Shown in pieces: positions 10,108-24,951 of a DNA stretch of 64,000 nt; position 1 is the stretch's first letter; each line of letters begins with the position of its first letter. The stretch comes from an uncultured Planctomycetota bacterium (GTDB lineage: Bacteria; Planctomycetota; Planctomycetia; Isosphaerales; Isosphaeraceae), in NCBI GenBank assembly GCA_963845755.1, contig CAWJTV010000027.1, positions 160,001 to 224,000 of the forward strand, in the 5' to 3' direction. Position numbers and translations under genes: made by a program. The notes beneath the pieces are model-generated. The model saw only the letters and a program-made list of their open reading frames with translations. It had not been told where the DNA came from and made no database searches.

Positions 10108-10832
10108 GGTGCAGACTTCTTAGATGACCGGCGGACGGAGGTATATCCAAGCCCGATGTGATTATAGGACAGATTGGTCAGCCGTCTCACGAAGAATTTA
10201 CGCGGAAATTGACGTCATGGCGTCAGGGAAACTCGACAGAGGGGCAAGAAACCCGAACTCGGAATCCATTCATTGCAACCCTGCGGGCTGGATCGACTGA
10301 CGATCGGGTTGCACAACAATCACAGCATCGATTGGATACGTTGGCTGTGTAACGCCTTCAGCGTCTCGAGCTTCTCCCCGAAGCCGGGCTCTTGGAACAG
10401 ACTGCTAGCCTGGATTCCCATGGAGGCAGATTGGGCTAACATTTGTTGCCGCATGATTGGAAAAAAGCCCGCGATACTCAGCTTTTCGCCTCGGAACTGG
10501 TTATGCTCCTCCAAGAGTTAAAGGTGGGTCTCCCACTAAGTTAACTTGATCACCATGGATGATATGTTCGTCGATCGAATCTCACTTCCTCCTGGAAAAC
10601 AAGGGGTTCTTGCGACAAATCTATCGAATTCACCACAGTGGATGCATTGAGTTGACACCGTGGATGCTCTTTTTTCAGTTTACGGATCACCTAACATCGA
10701 GAGAGGCGTTTCGATGAGCCGTTTCAAGCCAGAACCACTTGAAATCCAGGGGAAAACCCACTTCGACGAATTTTGCTTCGTTTATGGATTGCGTCGTAGC
10801 CTACCCCGTTTTTGCCTCCATGGGAATCCAGG

Positions 10833-12510
<1,678 letters not shown>

Positions 12511-12593
12511 CGATCTTGGGTCCTTGGTTCTGGATGACTCTGGCCGGATGACGAAGCAGGATGGTGACACCCCGGGCCAACGGAGGTGCCCGG

Positions 12594-13214
12594 TCAGGTG
12601 CCACGACCGAACGGCCACCAGGGTTTCTTGGATCGTGACGCGCCCTCCGCCTTGGCTGGTGGCCGGCGCGTTGGGTCCAATTCCGCGATCGAACCGTCAG
12701 GGCCGAAGACCAGGATCCGCGGGTCCTTCATCACCCCGGCGGCCACCGGGACCCAATCTTCCTGGAGGAGATCGGCCATCGCCTCGTCTACGATCAAGAT
12801 ATCCGAATTCTGACAACCGGTCTTCAGGGCCGAAGGGTGCCCCTCGAACACCACGACGGTATGACCGTCGAAGGCCATGCCCATGAGATACCCGAGGAAA
12901 GGAATCCGGGAATTCATCTCCTCGGCGGTTCTCGCATCCTGCAAGGCGAGTTCATTGTACGCAACGACCGCGATCGCCCGCTTGGGCTCTTGCGGGACGA
13001 TGCGGCGGATCCCCGCAAGCATCTCCTCGGAGACCGCGTCGGGAGGCGGACAGGGGATCGACATGATCAGCCGCCCCGGCGTGATGACGGCTACACGCCT
13101 CTGCCCTGGCGCCTCATCGGGCACGTCGATGGCACCCGCGCTCAACTGGCGCGCTTGCGCAAAGCACACGTCGATATCGCGGTCCAGGTCGACTTTCGGC
13201 ATGCGGGCGGCCAT
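12594..13214 (-). CDS. Hypothetical protein with KKPWWPFG C-terminus
   Basis: 206-aa ORF with natural protein composition. Confidence 0.7.
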   Translation of the reverse strand: MAARMPKVDLDRDIDVCFAQARQLSAGAIDVPDEAPGQRRVAVITPGRLIMSIPCPPPDAVSEEMLAGIRRIVPQEPKRAIAVVAYNELALQDARTAEEMNSRIPFLGYLMGMAFDGHTVVVFEGHPSALKTGCQNSDILIVDEAMADLLQEDWVPVAAGVMKDPRILVFGPDGSIAELDPTRRPPAKAEGASRSKKPWWPFGRGT

Positions 13215-13380
13215 GGCAAGTCACCTAACCCTTGATGATCCGGATGGCTCGTTCGTGGTTTCGTCCCGCCAAGCAGCGGCACATCCGCCCGATGCGATAA
13301 CCTGAATCTACCCATCCTGGGAGACTGACGCAACGAAATGCGAGTGATCGGCCTGATTCGGCGCGACCGGCCCCACCGGT

Positions 13381-15358
13381 TCAGGTGTGATTCGACAACG
13401 CCTCGCTGGACGAAGTCTGCTGTGACGGGGAGACGCGATCTGACTTCAGGGATGGATCGAACGAGCTGTGTGGTTCGGTCGATGGCGATGCGGGCTCGGC
13501 CTCGTCCCGGTGTATCATGAGGATCCTCCGCACTTCGGCGATGACCTCGGGGTCGGCCTCGCAGACGTGGGTCGCCGTGACGATGCGTTCGGAGACGGCG
13601 CCGTCCAGGTGGGCGCTGAGTATATCGGACGAAGCCGTCGGTCATGTTCTCGCGGGGTAATCCGGGGTGGATGGTGGCGATGATCGAGTGATACGCGACG
13701 CCCGGGGCGATCGGTTGTGCGTCGATGGCCGCGAGTATCGGGCTGTCGGCGCGCATGCCGTCGATGCTGCCGAGGGCGCGATCGCGGAAGATGGGTTGGA
13801 ACAGCTCGGGGCCGTTGGCGGCGCGGAGTTCGGCCCAGGCCGGCCGGAGGGGGTTGTTGTGGCGGATCAGGTTGACGCCGAGCCGGACGCCGGGCTGGCG
13901 GGCCAGGTTGCCCCCCCGATGGGCCGTGGTCACGAAGAGGACGCGGCGGATATACGGCTCGGGTTCGATGAGGAGCATCGCGGCCAGCTCGGCGCGGAGC
14001 GCGGGCGAGGCGCGGACCTGTTCAATCGGCCGCGCGAAGATCGAATCCCAGAGGGCTGAGCCGCTGGATTGGACCAGGAGCCGGCTGGCCTGGCCGCCCG
14101 TGCTCTTGCCCACGATGACCATCCGGTCGAGGGCCGGATCGACGCCCAGGGGATCGAACCGCTGGCGGACCTCGCGGAGCGAGCGCCGGATCGAAAGGGC
14201 CGCTGTCGGCAGCGAGTAGCCCGAAGGATAGAGTGCGACCCAGAACTGGTATGTTGCACGGATCGCCGGATCGGCGCGGAGCGCATCGAGAATCGGCACC
14301 CAGACCGTGGGGCTGGACCAGAACCCATGGATGAACACGACCGGCACCTTGCCGGGCTGGTACGGGTCAACCGCGTAGATGCCCGTCCGTTCGTCGTAGA
14401 ACTCGGGATCGAAGACGCCCAGGTATTCGTAGTTCCGGATCGGCCCCTGCGCCAGACGGCTGGCCATCGGGGTGGTCAGGTCCGCGGCCATGGGGTAGAC
14501 ATACCCGCCCCGTTCGATGACCTCGGTGCGGGTTGGATCGAGGAACACCAGATCGACGGGCTGACTGCGCCAGCTCGGCCCCGATTCGCGGGGCCGGAAT
14601 ACGGCCGTCGCGGCGAATATCGCCTGCTCGGGGCCGAACGGCTTCCATTCAGCCAGATCCGCGTCGTGGAGTCCGCGGTGAACGATCACAGGGACGCCCA
14701 GACCATCGCGGTGACCCATCGGCTCCTTGACGGTGGCGAACCGGTCTTCGGCGGGCTCGATCGTCTCGAACCCCATCGCCGTCCACTCGGGGACCGCCGC
14801 GTCGGCGACCGGGACGATCCCGGCCGCGGCCAGCCGATCGGGCCAGCCGCTCCGTCCGGGTGGGTTCGCGGTGCGCGCCAGCCGCAGGCACCGCGCCGCG
14901 GCGCGGTTGTGCACGGTGCAGGCGGCGCGACTCGTCGAATCGGCACCGGGACCGACTCCCGTCGCCGAAAGGCAAAGCGCGGCGTAAACGGCCGCGTCGC
15001 GCGACCACGCCAGCGCGTCGTCCCTTGCCGGGGGGCCCAGCGACCGCCCGACCTCGTCGGCCAGTTCCGCCAGGGCCAGCAGCCGCACAGGATCGGGCCG
15101 GGCGCCGTCGATGCCCGGCTCCAGCGCCGCGAAGGCCGCGGTCGGATCCCGGTGGGCCAGGTCGCCCAGACCGAGGTGTCTCAGCAGGTTCGCTGTGGGT
15201 CCGCTCCAGCACCGACTCGGCGGATGCCAGCGCTCGACGACCGTCCGCAGTCGATGCCCCGGCACCGGGATCACCGCGATCTGATTGCAGCCCGGAACGA
15301 TCGCCCCTAACGCGGTCGTCAGGAGCGCCGGCCAGACCACCCTACCGATCCCATCCAT
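13381..15358 (-). CDS. Alpha/beta-hydrolase (lipase/esterase-like) lipoprotein; indel near 13615
   Basis: Signal peptide ending PGC; PVVFIHGFWSSP, QFWVALYPSG, GKSTGG (GxSxG) and TDGFVRY/SAHL; the corrected frame ends at TGA 13381. Confidence 0.8.
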
Positions 15359-15720
15359 GATTTGATCAGGTCGCCTTGGGCTCCGCCGCGGTTCAGGGTG
15401 GACCCCGCCGTATCGAGACTTCCTCCTGATTCGATCGGCCGGAATCCGCTTCGACCTTGATGGTTTTTCGGTCGATGGTGAGTGGATCGGGCGCCCTTCT
15501 TGGGAGCCTGACGTGGCTTGCGCCTGATCCAGGTAGGAATCCGAGAATCGACATTTCCACGTTTTGGAGCCGGCGTTGCCGGCAGGCTGGGGCGGTCGAG
15601 ATCGCTCCGCCAACACGGCTGAAGGTCGCTTGCTCCGGAATGGCATACATAGGGATGGACGGACTGGTATAATACCCCTGAAGTGACGGGCGTGCGACCT
15701 TACCACGGGGGGATCCGACG

Positions 15721-16017
15721 TTGAACGCCGAAGGGGTGATCCGGGTTCTCGATGAGCATCGCGAGGAGCTACGGCGGCTGGGCGTGCGGCGACTAGGCCT
15801 GTTCGGATCGACGGCCCGTAATGAAGCGACCGAGACCAGCGACCTCGACTTCCTGGTCGAACTTCAGCAGAAGTCGTTCGACGCCTACATGGACCTGAAA
15901 TCCCTTCTCGAACAACTCTTCGGCCGCCACGTCGACCTCGTGTCTCCCGAAAATCTCAAGCCTCGTCTTCGCGACCGGATTGCCAAGGACCTTCGGAACT
16001 ATGCCACGGGATTATAA
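15721..16017 (+). CDS. Minimal nucleotidyltransferase (MNT) antitoxin
   Basis: LGLFGSTARNEATETSDLDFLVE (GSx10DxD) and LFGRHVDLV. Confidence 0.92.
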   Translation: MNAEGVIRVLDEHREELRRLGVRRLGLFGSTARNEATETSDLDFLVELQQKSFDAYMDLKSLLEQLFGRHVDLVSPENLKPRLRDRIAKDLRNYATGL

Positions 16018-16360
16018 GGTCTCGCTCGACGATGTCCTCGAGGCGGTCGAGCGGATCGAGTCCTATACGGCCGGTATGGACAAGGCGCAATTCCAGGTGG
16101 ACCGCAAGACGATTGACGCCGTGGTCCGCAACCTGGAGATCATCGGTGAGGCGGTTAAGAACGTACCGCCCGATGTTCGCGCTTCGTCTCCCAGCGTCCC
16201 CTGGTCGAAGATTGCCGGGATGCGGGACATTTTCATTCACATGTATTTTAATACCGATACAGATATCGTCTGGGACGTCGTTCAAACGAAACTCGCCGAC
16301 CTCAAAGCGACCGCCGAGACCTTGCTCGCCGAAGACGGCGCGGACGACACTCTGTCATGA
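16001..16360 (+). CDS. HEPN/DUF86 (HepT-like) RNase toxin
   Basis: DAVVRNLEIIGEA and WSKIAGMRDIFIHMYF (Rx4H..Y); overlaps the MNT gene. Confidence 0.92.
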   Translation: MPRDYKVSLDDVLEAVERIESYTAGMDKAQFQVDRKTIDAVVRNLEIIGEAVKNVPPDVRASSPSVPWSKIAGMRDIFIHMYFNTDTDIVWDVVQTKLADLKATAETLLAEDGADDTLS

Positions 16361-16367
16361 GCGGGAA

Positions 16368-17190
16368 TCATGAATTCGGACCGTCGACAACCCGACGGAG
16401 CCGCTCGCACGTTGCCTTGGCCGTGTTGTAATCGGCCCGATCGACGAAGCCGATGCTGTAGCGGGCCGGGAGTTGCTTGAGGTCGGGGATGTGCTGGACG
16501 AGTTCCTTGTACCCCTTCCGGCCGAAGCCGAAGACGGTCATGTCCTGGAACGATCCGTCCGCCTCTTTACGGAACGGCCAGGAGACGTAGGAATCGACCT
16601 CGCCAGGTTCCGGATCCTGGTGGTTGACGAGGACGAATCCCCTCGGCGTCTCGCGCGCACCGAAGCAGACCCAGGGGACCACCTGCGACCAGGGTTGATC
16701 CAGCGTGGTCTTCTGGCTGTCGGGGCGGATCACGAAGTCCCCCTGGGCGTCGAGCACGCCGCCGGGCGTCCCTTCGTAGAGGAACCAGAAGGTCGGCAGA
16801 TCGATCTTCAGAAGGGTCAGCGTGGCGTGGTCCGGGTAGAAGTCCCACCAGCAGGCCGACTTGCCGTCCCGCGTCTGGGACTCGATGCGGACGTGGCCGG
16901 CGTCCCGCGTCGTGACGCGGCTGGAGAAGGGGTTCTCCGTCGGGTACTGGCCATAGCCGTACCCGCAGTGGAAGAACTTGGCCGGCTGGCCGCACTTGGG
17001 TAGCCCCCGATACTCGCCGCGGGCGTTGCCGCCCGGCCGGTAGGAGACCCAGTCGCGTCCGTCCTTGTCGAGGATGCTCGCGAAGCCCGCCCCCGTTTCC
17101 CGTAGACATAGGTCGCCGTGGGCGTCTCGACCTGGAAACAGTCCATTTCCCGGTGGATGGTCACTTCGGAGACGCGGACGAACGGAGATC
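16368..17190 (-). CDS. Hypothetical domain with indels, possibly the C-terminal part of the upstream glycoside hydrolase
   Basis: Reconstructed as VSEVTIHREMDCFQVETPTATYVYGKRG/AGFASILDKDGRDWVSY...FWFLYEGTPGG...; no obvious start of its own. Confidence 0.5.
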
Positions 17191-18611
17191 TCAGACGAGG
17201 GGCCGATCCCGGGAACCGAGGCCGGCTGCCGGCGCGGGGATCTCGATCACCACGGGATGATCGCTCAACGACAGGGGAACGGCACGGACATGGGTGAGAG
17301 TCTGGATCGGTGAGGTACCGGCCGTGGGATCGTAAAGTTTCACCAAGGCGTGCGTGCTGCCCAGGTTGACGGTGACGCGATCGGAGCCCTTGAGCCGCTC
17401 GCCCCACACGACCAGCTCAAACGTGCCATTGCTCTTCTGGAGAAGCAGGTCGTGCACGGTTTCCGGTTGGTTCGGGATGGAGTAACGGAGGTCGCCCGGC
17501 CTCGCGAGGGAGCCGCGATCCGCCAGGATGCTCGTCAGGTTGTGGAGATACACCGCGGCCTTGCGCCGGGTATAGTCCGGCCGGTAGAAGCCGAATTGCT
17601 GATTGCCCGCCTCATCCACGCGGTCCCTCAGCAAGTAGACGGCGGTGTAGCTCCAGCCCCGCTTGAACTGGTCCAGGTAGAGGCTCAGCAGATTCAAGGC
17701 GTGGATTTCCTCGGTGATGGGCCCGCCGATGGTCGTGCCGGTCTCCGTGGTGACTCTCGGCAAGGAGATCAGCTCGGCCTCCGAATGACCGGGGTAATGA
17801 CGAGCCCAGGTGATGCCGTACTCGCCATGGAGTCCGTCCACCTTGCAGGCGGCGGTGGGCTCCGAAGCCTTCCACGTCTTGTTGTCCTCCAGCCCCGGTA
17901 CATTCGGATGATAGACGTAATTATGAACATTCGCATAGTCGGCGTATTTCGTGCCGGCGGGCATCGTCGTTCCGGCATCCGCGGGGGATGGTCAGGAACT
18001 GCAAGCCGACGTTGTCGGTCTCGGCGCCGCCCTCGGTGATGGACCAGACCGGATAGTTCTTCAACACGGGATCATTCTTGACGGCCTTGTACAGATCGCT
18101 CTGGAGCTTCGCCACCGGCATCCAGGACCGATCCCGGCCGCCGGCCTGACCTTGATAGGTGATGCCCCAATTATTCGGCTCGTTCGGCCCTTCGAAGGCC
18201 AGCAGGGCGCCGGCCGCCGCAACCTGCCTGCCGGTTTCGATGAGCTTGGCAAGGTCCGAGCCGCCGCTTCCCGGGCCCCAACTGAACCGAGCCGCCGGTT
18301 TGCCGATGGAGGTCAATGAAGTTCTTTATGGGAAGGTTGCCTTCGATGCCCGCCCGGAACCAGCGAACGCCGAGGTACTGGGTGCACTTGATCGTGTTCT
18401 GCAAGGTCTCGCCGCGTTGATTGATGCCGGAATTGACGCCGATGCTGTTGAGGAAATCGACGGCCCGCACCGCGGTCGTCGGGCTCGCATCAGCGTTCGG
18501 GCGTACCTTCGCTGGAGGTTGGGCCGACGCGTTACCCCTCGTCATCAGCGCGAGGACAAGGGACAAGACGGCGGACCGCTTTCCGTGGCTCGACAGGGTT
18601 TGCGAGGTCAT
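17191..18611 (-). CDS. Secreted clan GH-A-like glycoside hydrolase; two indels
   Basis: Signal peptide; DFLNSIGVN, FEGPNEPNN (acid/base), ADYANVHNY and PRVTTETG (nucleophile). Confidence 0.75.
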
Positions 18612-18624
18612 GGTTGGACTCCTT

Positions 18625-18690
18625 GTAGGGTGCTCTGTGAGCACCGTAACGTTCGTGCCGGGAACGACTGGTGCTCACAGAGCACCCTAC
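18625..18690. repeat. GTAG-type REP doublet (REPIN)
   Basis: GTAGGGTGCTCTGTGAGCACC (18625-18645) and its perfect inverse (18670-18690), intergenic. Confidence 0.9.
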
Positions 18691-18704
18691 GGGAGGATTG
18701 ACTT

Positions 18705-21066
18705 TTACGACCCGCCTCGCGACCGTTCGGTGCCGATCCTCAGGAGCGAGCCGGTTCCTGGGTGGAAGTTGCCGTCGACGACCCAGGCGTCGCGCAGCAG
18801 GATGTAGAGCGCCCCGTCGGGGCCGAAGTCCAGGTCGAACGGGCCGCATCAGGCCCTCGGCGAACGTCTCCACGGCTTCCGGATGATCGGGGTCGAGGAC
18901 CTTGATCCACCCCTTGACGAAGTCCATGAAGAAGTACCGGCCGCGATACCGGGGCGGGAAGCCGGTCGCGGGCCCGGACGGGCAGAATGCCCCGCCGGTG
19001 ATCGAGGCGACCGGGTAGTGATAAATCGGTGCGCGGAACCGCGCGTCGGTCGTCGGGCCCTCGCTTGCGGGCCATCCGTAGTTGCCGCCGGGGGCTCCTT
19101 CATCGATCTCTTCCCATTTGTCTTGCCCCACGTCGTTGATGAAGATCCGGCCGGTGCCCGCCTGGACGGCGAAGCGGAACGGGTTGCGGAGCCCCAACGC
19201 CCAGATCGCCCGGTACTTGCCGCGGGCCGCCTGGACGAAAGGGTTGTCCGCCGGGATCGATCCATCGGGGTTGATCCGGAGGAGCTTCCCCTGAAAGGTC
19301 GTCAGCCGCTGAGCCGGCGCCCCGGCCGTTTGATCGCCCAGGGCGACGTAGAGCTTGCCATCCCGGCCGAAATGGAGCGCACCGCCCTGGTGTCCGGCGG
19401 GGACATTGCCGCCGAGCTTCGCCTGGTCGTCGCCCTCGAGGAGGACGTGCTCACTGCCGCGAACGGCCACGTCGCCGCAGGCGGTGAAGCGGCTGACGCG
19501 ATGATGGACGTAGGGCCGAGGCGTCACGTAGCAAACGTAGATCTGACCGTTGTGGGCGAAGTCGGGGTCGAGGGTCACGCCGATCAGCCCGCGCTCCCAC
19601 GAACTGTCCACGTCCAATGTCAGCAACGGCTCCCGCAAGAGCGCCCCGTGGTTGATCACCCGGAGTGTCCCGGTCTGCTCGCAGACGAAGATCCGGCCGT
19701 CGGGTGCGACCGCCAGACCGGTCGCGCCGGTGATCCCCGTCGCGATCGTTCCACTGGAGAAGCCGGGCGGCAGGGCGATCGGTCCGGTGACGCCGCTGCC
19801 GGGGGTGCCCATCTTCGCCGCGCGAAGGGTCTGGAGGTAGGCGATCAGGTCGGCGAAGTTCGCGGTTGAACAGCCCCGTGGTCAGCGAGTCGGGCATCAT
19901 CGACGTCGCGATGGCCCGGCGGTCCGTGATCTCGGCCTTGGCCAGGCTGATCCGCCGGCCCTCGGCGTCGACCAGGGTCAGTGAACGATCCGACTCGGCG
20001 CGGACCAGCCCGGAGAGGACCCGACCGTCCGTGGTGGCGAGGACCTCGGGGCGGTATCCTTCGACGATGTGGCGCGAGGGTTCGAGCACCGACTCGATCA
20101 GCAGGGCACGCTCGTACTTGCCGCCGACCTCGGAGAGGTCCGGCCCGATGTCGCCGCCCAGTCCGCGCGCCCGATGGCACCGGGCGCAGCCGGCGCCCTT
20201 GGCTTCGAAGAACAAGGGCGCGACCGCGAGCCGGGTCGCCGGCGTGTTCCCGTACGTACCGGGCGAATGCCGCGCGACCGGAGGCGGTCGATGCAGCCCC
20301 CGGGGCCGCCGGTCCCTTCTCCGCCTTCCCGTCCGCGGTCGCGAGGCCCGCGGCATAGCGGATGCCGCCGAGCAAGTGCTGGCGCAGCGGAGCCCGGCCG
20401 TAACCCTCCTTCGTGTGTCCCAGGGCCGTGCACCAGACACGCCCTCCCTGGGACTCATGGTACCAGCAGACAGGGTGGTCCTTGCCCATCGTCCCGCCGT
20501 GGTATGAGGATTCGTCGATCGTCAACAGGACGTGCGTTCGCGGCCGCGGGTTGGAGTCGAAGTTGTACCACTCGTCGGCCCACTTCCAGGAGTCGGGCAG
20601 GGACCGGGTGGCCGGGTGGTCGCGGACCTCGCGCTTGCAGGTCGCTTCCTGGACCTCCGGATGTCCGGCGAACTTCACGCCGCCGACCAGGGCGACGTAC
20701 CAGGGCCACTTTTCCAGCGTGGTGATCCCCTGGTGCACGGCCGCCAGCCCGCCGCCGCCGCGGATGAAGCCCTGAAACGCCGCCTTCTGCCGCTCGTCGA
20801 GCACCTCGCCGGAGGTGTTGAGGAACACCACGGCGCGGTAGCGGGCCAGGTTCTCCGCGGTGAAGGTGGCGGCGTCTTCGGTGGCGTCCACGACGAAGCC
20901 GCCCTCCGGCTCCCAACTCCCGGACGGCCGCGAGACCGGCCGGGATCGCGTCGTGGCGGAAGCCGGCAGTCCTGGTGAAGGCCAGCACCCGCGGTCGTGC
21001 CGGCACGTTCTCCGGTGGGGCGACGGCCAGCAAGGACGCAAGGGCGATGATCGGCAATCCATTCAT
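18705..21066 (-). CDS. ThuA-like domain + c-type heme domain + PQQ-dependent sugar dehydrogenase (GSDH) fusion; several indels
   Basis: RVLAFTRTAGFRHDAIP, WADEWYNF, WCTALGH; CARCH...IGPDLSEVG; WERGLIGVTLDPDF, HQGGALHFGRDGKLY and ALGLRNPF. Confidence 0.85.
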
Positions 21067-21138
21067 GAGGCAACTCGCTGGAGTGGAAGTCGGGTGTTTG
21101 CATCCAGGGGATCCGGATGGCGACAGACGGGCCCAAGA

Positions 21139-21408
21139 TTAACGCGTCGTCGTCACCGGATGTGACTTCCCCGGATATCCCTTCGACGGTGCCTGGCTCC
21201 CCGGCGACTTCGTCAGGGGCGCCCCGGACACCTGCGACTTCGACTTGTAGATCGCCAGCGACTTTTCCATGGACGACTTCAGCGCGGCGTCTTCCCGCTT
21301 ATCGCCCTTCGCCGTCTCCGAGCACCCGGCGACCGCGAGGAACGCGGCGAGCAGGCCCAGTCGGAGGGCCGTCGAGGCGGGCATTCTGGTCACGTTAAAT
21401 CGCATCAT
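21139..21408 (-). CDS. Small lipoprotein associated with DUF1559
   Basis: LLAAFLAVAGC lipobox; immediately downstream of the DUF1559 gene. Confidence 0.7.
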   Translation of the reverse strand: MMRFNVTRMPASTALRLGLLAAFLAVAGCSETAKGDKREDAALKSSMEKSLAIYKSKSQVSGAPLTKSPGSQAPSKGYPGKSHPVTTTR

Positions 21409-21473
21409 CTCATCGAGTCTCCTGCAACTGGGGGGCACGGCCCACCGGCCGCGCCCCCGGCCAGGCCTGGACG

Positions 21474-22601
21474 TCAATACTGATCGGCGCTGATGACCTC
21501 GTTGCCGTTGCGGGTGCCGAGGGCCCACCAGGTGAGCCTCGACACGGCGTCCTTGACGAACCGGACGCTGCCGTCGGCCATCAGGATGTTCGCTCCGCCC
21601 GGGTGGTTGCTCGACACCGCGTAGCTGAACGAGCTGTCGATGCCGCAGCCGGCGCAGTTGAACCGGCAGCCTCCTCCCTGGAAGACCGAGTCGTGGTTGG
21701 GCGTCTGGATGATGTTGGTGTAGGTCCAGCCGCCGTTGCCGTCGGACCAACTGAACCCCCGCATCGTCGAATACGACGCGCTGCTCATGTTGGTCCAGGC
21801 CGTGGCGCACGACTGGAGCCCCGCGAGCACCGCGGCCGAGTTGGCCGAGGCATACAAGAATTGGGCCGCCTTCCCGTAGTAGCCCGAGGGGTCGTCCGAC
21901 CCCTGGCCGCCAGTACCAGGGTCGCTGGCGTTCTCGACGACGTCGCCCCGGTAGGCGTCCCCCTGGGCCACATTGAACGCGTTGGCGACATCCCGCCCGG
22001 TCAGCGCCTCGGCGAAGGCGATCGTGTTGGACGTGCCGTCGGTGCAGTCGCGGATGCCGTAGGCCGTGAAGACCGCGAACATGCCCGGCGTGTTGATGGG
22101 GCTCTCATAGGTCGTCGACCCGATGCTCGCGTGGTAGCTGTTATTGCGCTGCGCACCCGCATTGGGGTCGGAGGGACAGAGGAAGCTGCTGATTGTGGCG
22201 TTGTAGATCGTGCTGTTGATGGCAGACCCGCCCATGCTCCCCGCGGCGCCGGGGCCCCAGTTGAAGTTGGCCGCGTTGTACATCGGGGTCTGGTCGAGGT
22301 AACCCAGGAGCAGCGCCTGGGCGCTCCAGCCGGTCCAGCGGCCGTAGCCCCACTGCCCGTCGGTGTCGCCGGGCGAGTAGAGCGGGGCTTTCGAGACGGC
22401 CATCGGGAACCGATCGATGGCCGTATGGTAGTTGTGCAGTGCCAGGCCGATCTGCTTCAGGTTGTTGGTGCATTGGGCGCGCCGCGCCGCCTCGCGGGCC
22501 GCCTGCACGGCCGGCAACAGCAAGGCGATCAGAACTGCAATGATGGCGATGACGACCAGGAGTTCGATCAGGGTGAAACCGCGACGATTCTGCTTGCTCA
22601 T
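21474..22601 (-). CDS. DUF1559 prepilin-type N-terminal cleavage/methylation protein (H-X9-DG-CTERM)
   Basis: [53 protein letters not shown] and [18 protein letters not shown]. Confidence 0.96.
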   Translation of the reverse strand: MSKQNRRGFTLIELLVVIAIIAVLIALLLPAVQAAREAARRAQCTNNLKQIGLALHNYHTAIDRFPMAVSKAPLYSPGDTDGQWGYGRWTGWSAQALLLGYLDQTPMYNAANFNWGPGAAGSMGGSAINSTIYNATISSFLCPSDPNAGAQRNNSYHASIGSTTYESPINTPGMFAVFTAYGIRDCTDGTSNTIAFAEALTGRDVANAFNVAQGDAYRGDVVENASDPGTGGQGSDDPSGYYGKAAQFLYASANSAAVLAGLQSCATAWTNMSSASYSTMRGFSWSDGNGGWTYTNIIQTPNHDSVFQGGGCRFNCAGCGIDSSFSYAVSSNHPGGANILMADGSVRFVKDAVSRLTWWALGTRNGNEVISADQY

Positions 22602-23671
22602 CGGTCTTCTCCTCACCTTTTTTGAATGAGAGCGAACGCTCGAACAGAACGGATTCTGGACCCCGAAGGCCAGGGCTTGCGGCGACCCGGCAAGGTTCAA
22701 CTCTGACCCGATCGGGATGACGCAGTGCGCAGTTTCTCCTCGCCGGTCGATGCCGCCGCGTCGTCCCCAACCCCTCCGGCTGTTCTCGTCACACTCGATC
22801 GAAGCCGTACCCTAACGCGGCCATCGGCCGCAACCCAGGAGGAATTCCCAATGAGAACCGGATCGAGATTCCTGATTCGAGATCTTCCCGGATTCGACGA
22901 TCCGAGGGGGAACATCGTTCCCTTGGGAATCGATCCGGAATCGGTCGAGATCCGGAATCGTCCCGGGAATCTCGATCCTCAGATCGGATCCGTGCGCACG
23001 CCGCAGAGATCGTACGGAGGAAGCCTCTAACATGGCATGAGCGCCATCCTCTGTCGGCCGGGCCCCTCAAGACTCGGCCAGGGGTCGTGAATCGATCCGG
23101 CGGGAAAGCCGCAAGGGTGCACGATCATCGGACGGGCGCGCACAACACCCCTCGAAGGGAGGGACGTCCACCCTCGGATCCGTCGATCAGGCACCGGACT
23201 GCCACTCAGGAAAACGATCGAATGAATGTAGAACTCGGATACCTTTGGATGTCTCGGATCGGGCGCGGGTCGCTTCGGAGGTTCGCGTCCTCCGTCTCAT
23301 CCGTAGCGATCGGCGACCCCGCGATCCGGTCGGCACGAGGCGGGCGTGGTCGGCCCCCGTCATGAAGTTCGGACGAACTTCCGCAGGGTCGATTCCGACA
23401 CCTGTCATACCAGATCTCTGCCTCGCATCGAGGTTACACAATACGCATCATGCCACCTCGTAATCTATGAAACTTTGGGTCTTTCTTTTATAATCTTGGG
23501 TCGTTGAGGAAACGGTCGAGACGGCGGTTGACGCGAGCCGAAATCCAGCGGATTCCCGGCGTGGCTTGCGATGGACCGACGAGACGGCCCCTCTCATTCT
23601 TAACCGATTCGATCGGGCGGTGGGCGGGCCAGATCGGTCGATTCGGTTCCGACTGGCGAGGATCTCGTCGC

Positions 23672-24872
23672 ATGCAGGCGTCCCGGAAGCTACGGCCCAA
23701 GGGCATCCCCCACGTCGCCCTGATCATCGAGACCTCCACGGCCTACGGCCGGGCGATCATTCGGGGAGCGACGAGGTACATTCGCGAGGCGGGGCCCTGG
23801 ACCATTTACATCGAGCAGCGTTCGCTCCAGGACTCGGCCCCGCCGTGGTTGGTCGGTTGGGACGGCGATGGAATCATCTCCCGCGCCTCGACCCCGCGGA
23901 GCGCCCGCGCGGTGCTCCAGACGGGCATCCCGACGGTGGATCTCAACGACCAGGTGAGGGGCCTGGGTCTGCCGCAGATCCACAGCGATCACGAGGCGAT
24001 CGCACGACTGGCGGCCGAGCACCTGCTGGACCGAGGGTTCCGCCATTTCGCTTATTTCGGCTTCCCGGTCTTCGAATGGTCGGTGCGACGTCACGACGCG
24101 TTCGCCGCGTGCGTTCGCGCCGGCGGGCGGCCACTTCCATGAGAACGAGTGCACCCCGAGGGTGTCGTGGGGCCACCAGCAATCCTCCTGGGAGGGCGAA
24201 GTCGATGGGGCTGCCCTCTGGATCAAGACGCTGCCCAAGCCCCTGGGCGTCATGACGGGCAACGATCCGCGCGGTATTCAACTGCTCGACGCCTGCCGCC
24301 GGGCCGGGGTGGCCGTCCCCGAGGAAGTCGCGGTCGTCGGCGTGGACAACGACGAGCTGGTCTGCGAGCTGGCCTATCCCCCGCTCTCGAGCGTCGTTCC
24401 CGATGCGGCGCGCATCGGCTACGAGGCGGCGGCCCTGCTCGACCGGCTCATGAAAGGCGAGACCGCCCCCGCCGCGATGCAGACCATCCCCCCGGAGGGC
24501 CTGGCCATCCGCCAGTCCTCGGACGTGACCGCCATCGCCGATCCCCGGCTCGCCGACGCCTTGCGCTTCATCCGCGAGCGCACCTGCGACGGCATCGGCG
24601 TCGACGACGTACTCGACCATCTGGCCGTCTCGCGCAGCGTGCTCCAGCGGCTGTTCCGCAAGCACTGCGATCGGACCATCCTCGACACCATCACCGGCGT
24701 GCGCATCACGCACGTCAAGCAACTCCTGACCGAGACCGATATGCCGCTGGCCGACATCGCCCGGCGAGCCGGCTTCTCCTACATGGAGTATCTCAGCAGC
24801 ACCTTCCGGCGCCAGACCGGCTGGACCTTGAGCGCATTCCGACGGGAGTTTGCCAGACAGCACGGATCCTGA
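23672..24872 (+). CDS. XylR-type regulator (sugar-binding domain + AraC HTH); indel near 24125
   Basis: VALIIETSTAYGRAII, HLLDRGFRHFAY, VAVPEEVAVVGVDND and C-terminal AraC HTH. Confidence 0.9.
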
Positions 24873-24951
24873 CGGGAGTCCCGGCCGCCGTGGCAATCTC
24901 ATCGCCTTGACCGGATTCCTTCGAACCGCCTTGTATCGAGATTCCCAAGCC

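Noticed and set aside
10150..10830. Small ORFs and a CAC[A/C]GTGGATGC direct repeat in the lower-GC intergenic region
   Set aside because: The ORFs have no recognisable motifs, and a two-copy 12-mer is too weak to call.
15721..16360. MNT-HEPN pair as a novel system
   Set aside because: It is a canonical, well-described toxin-antitoxin module.
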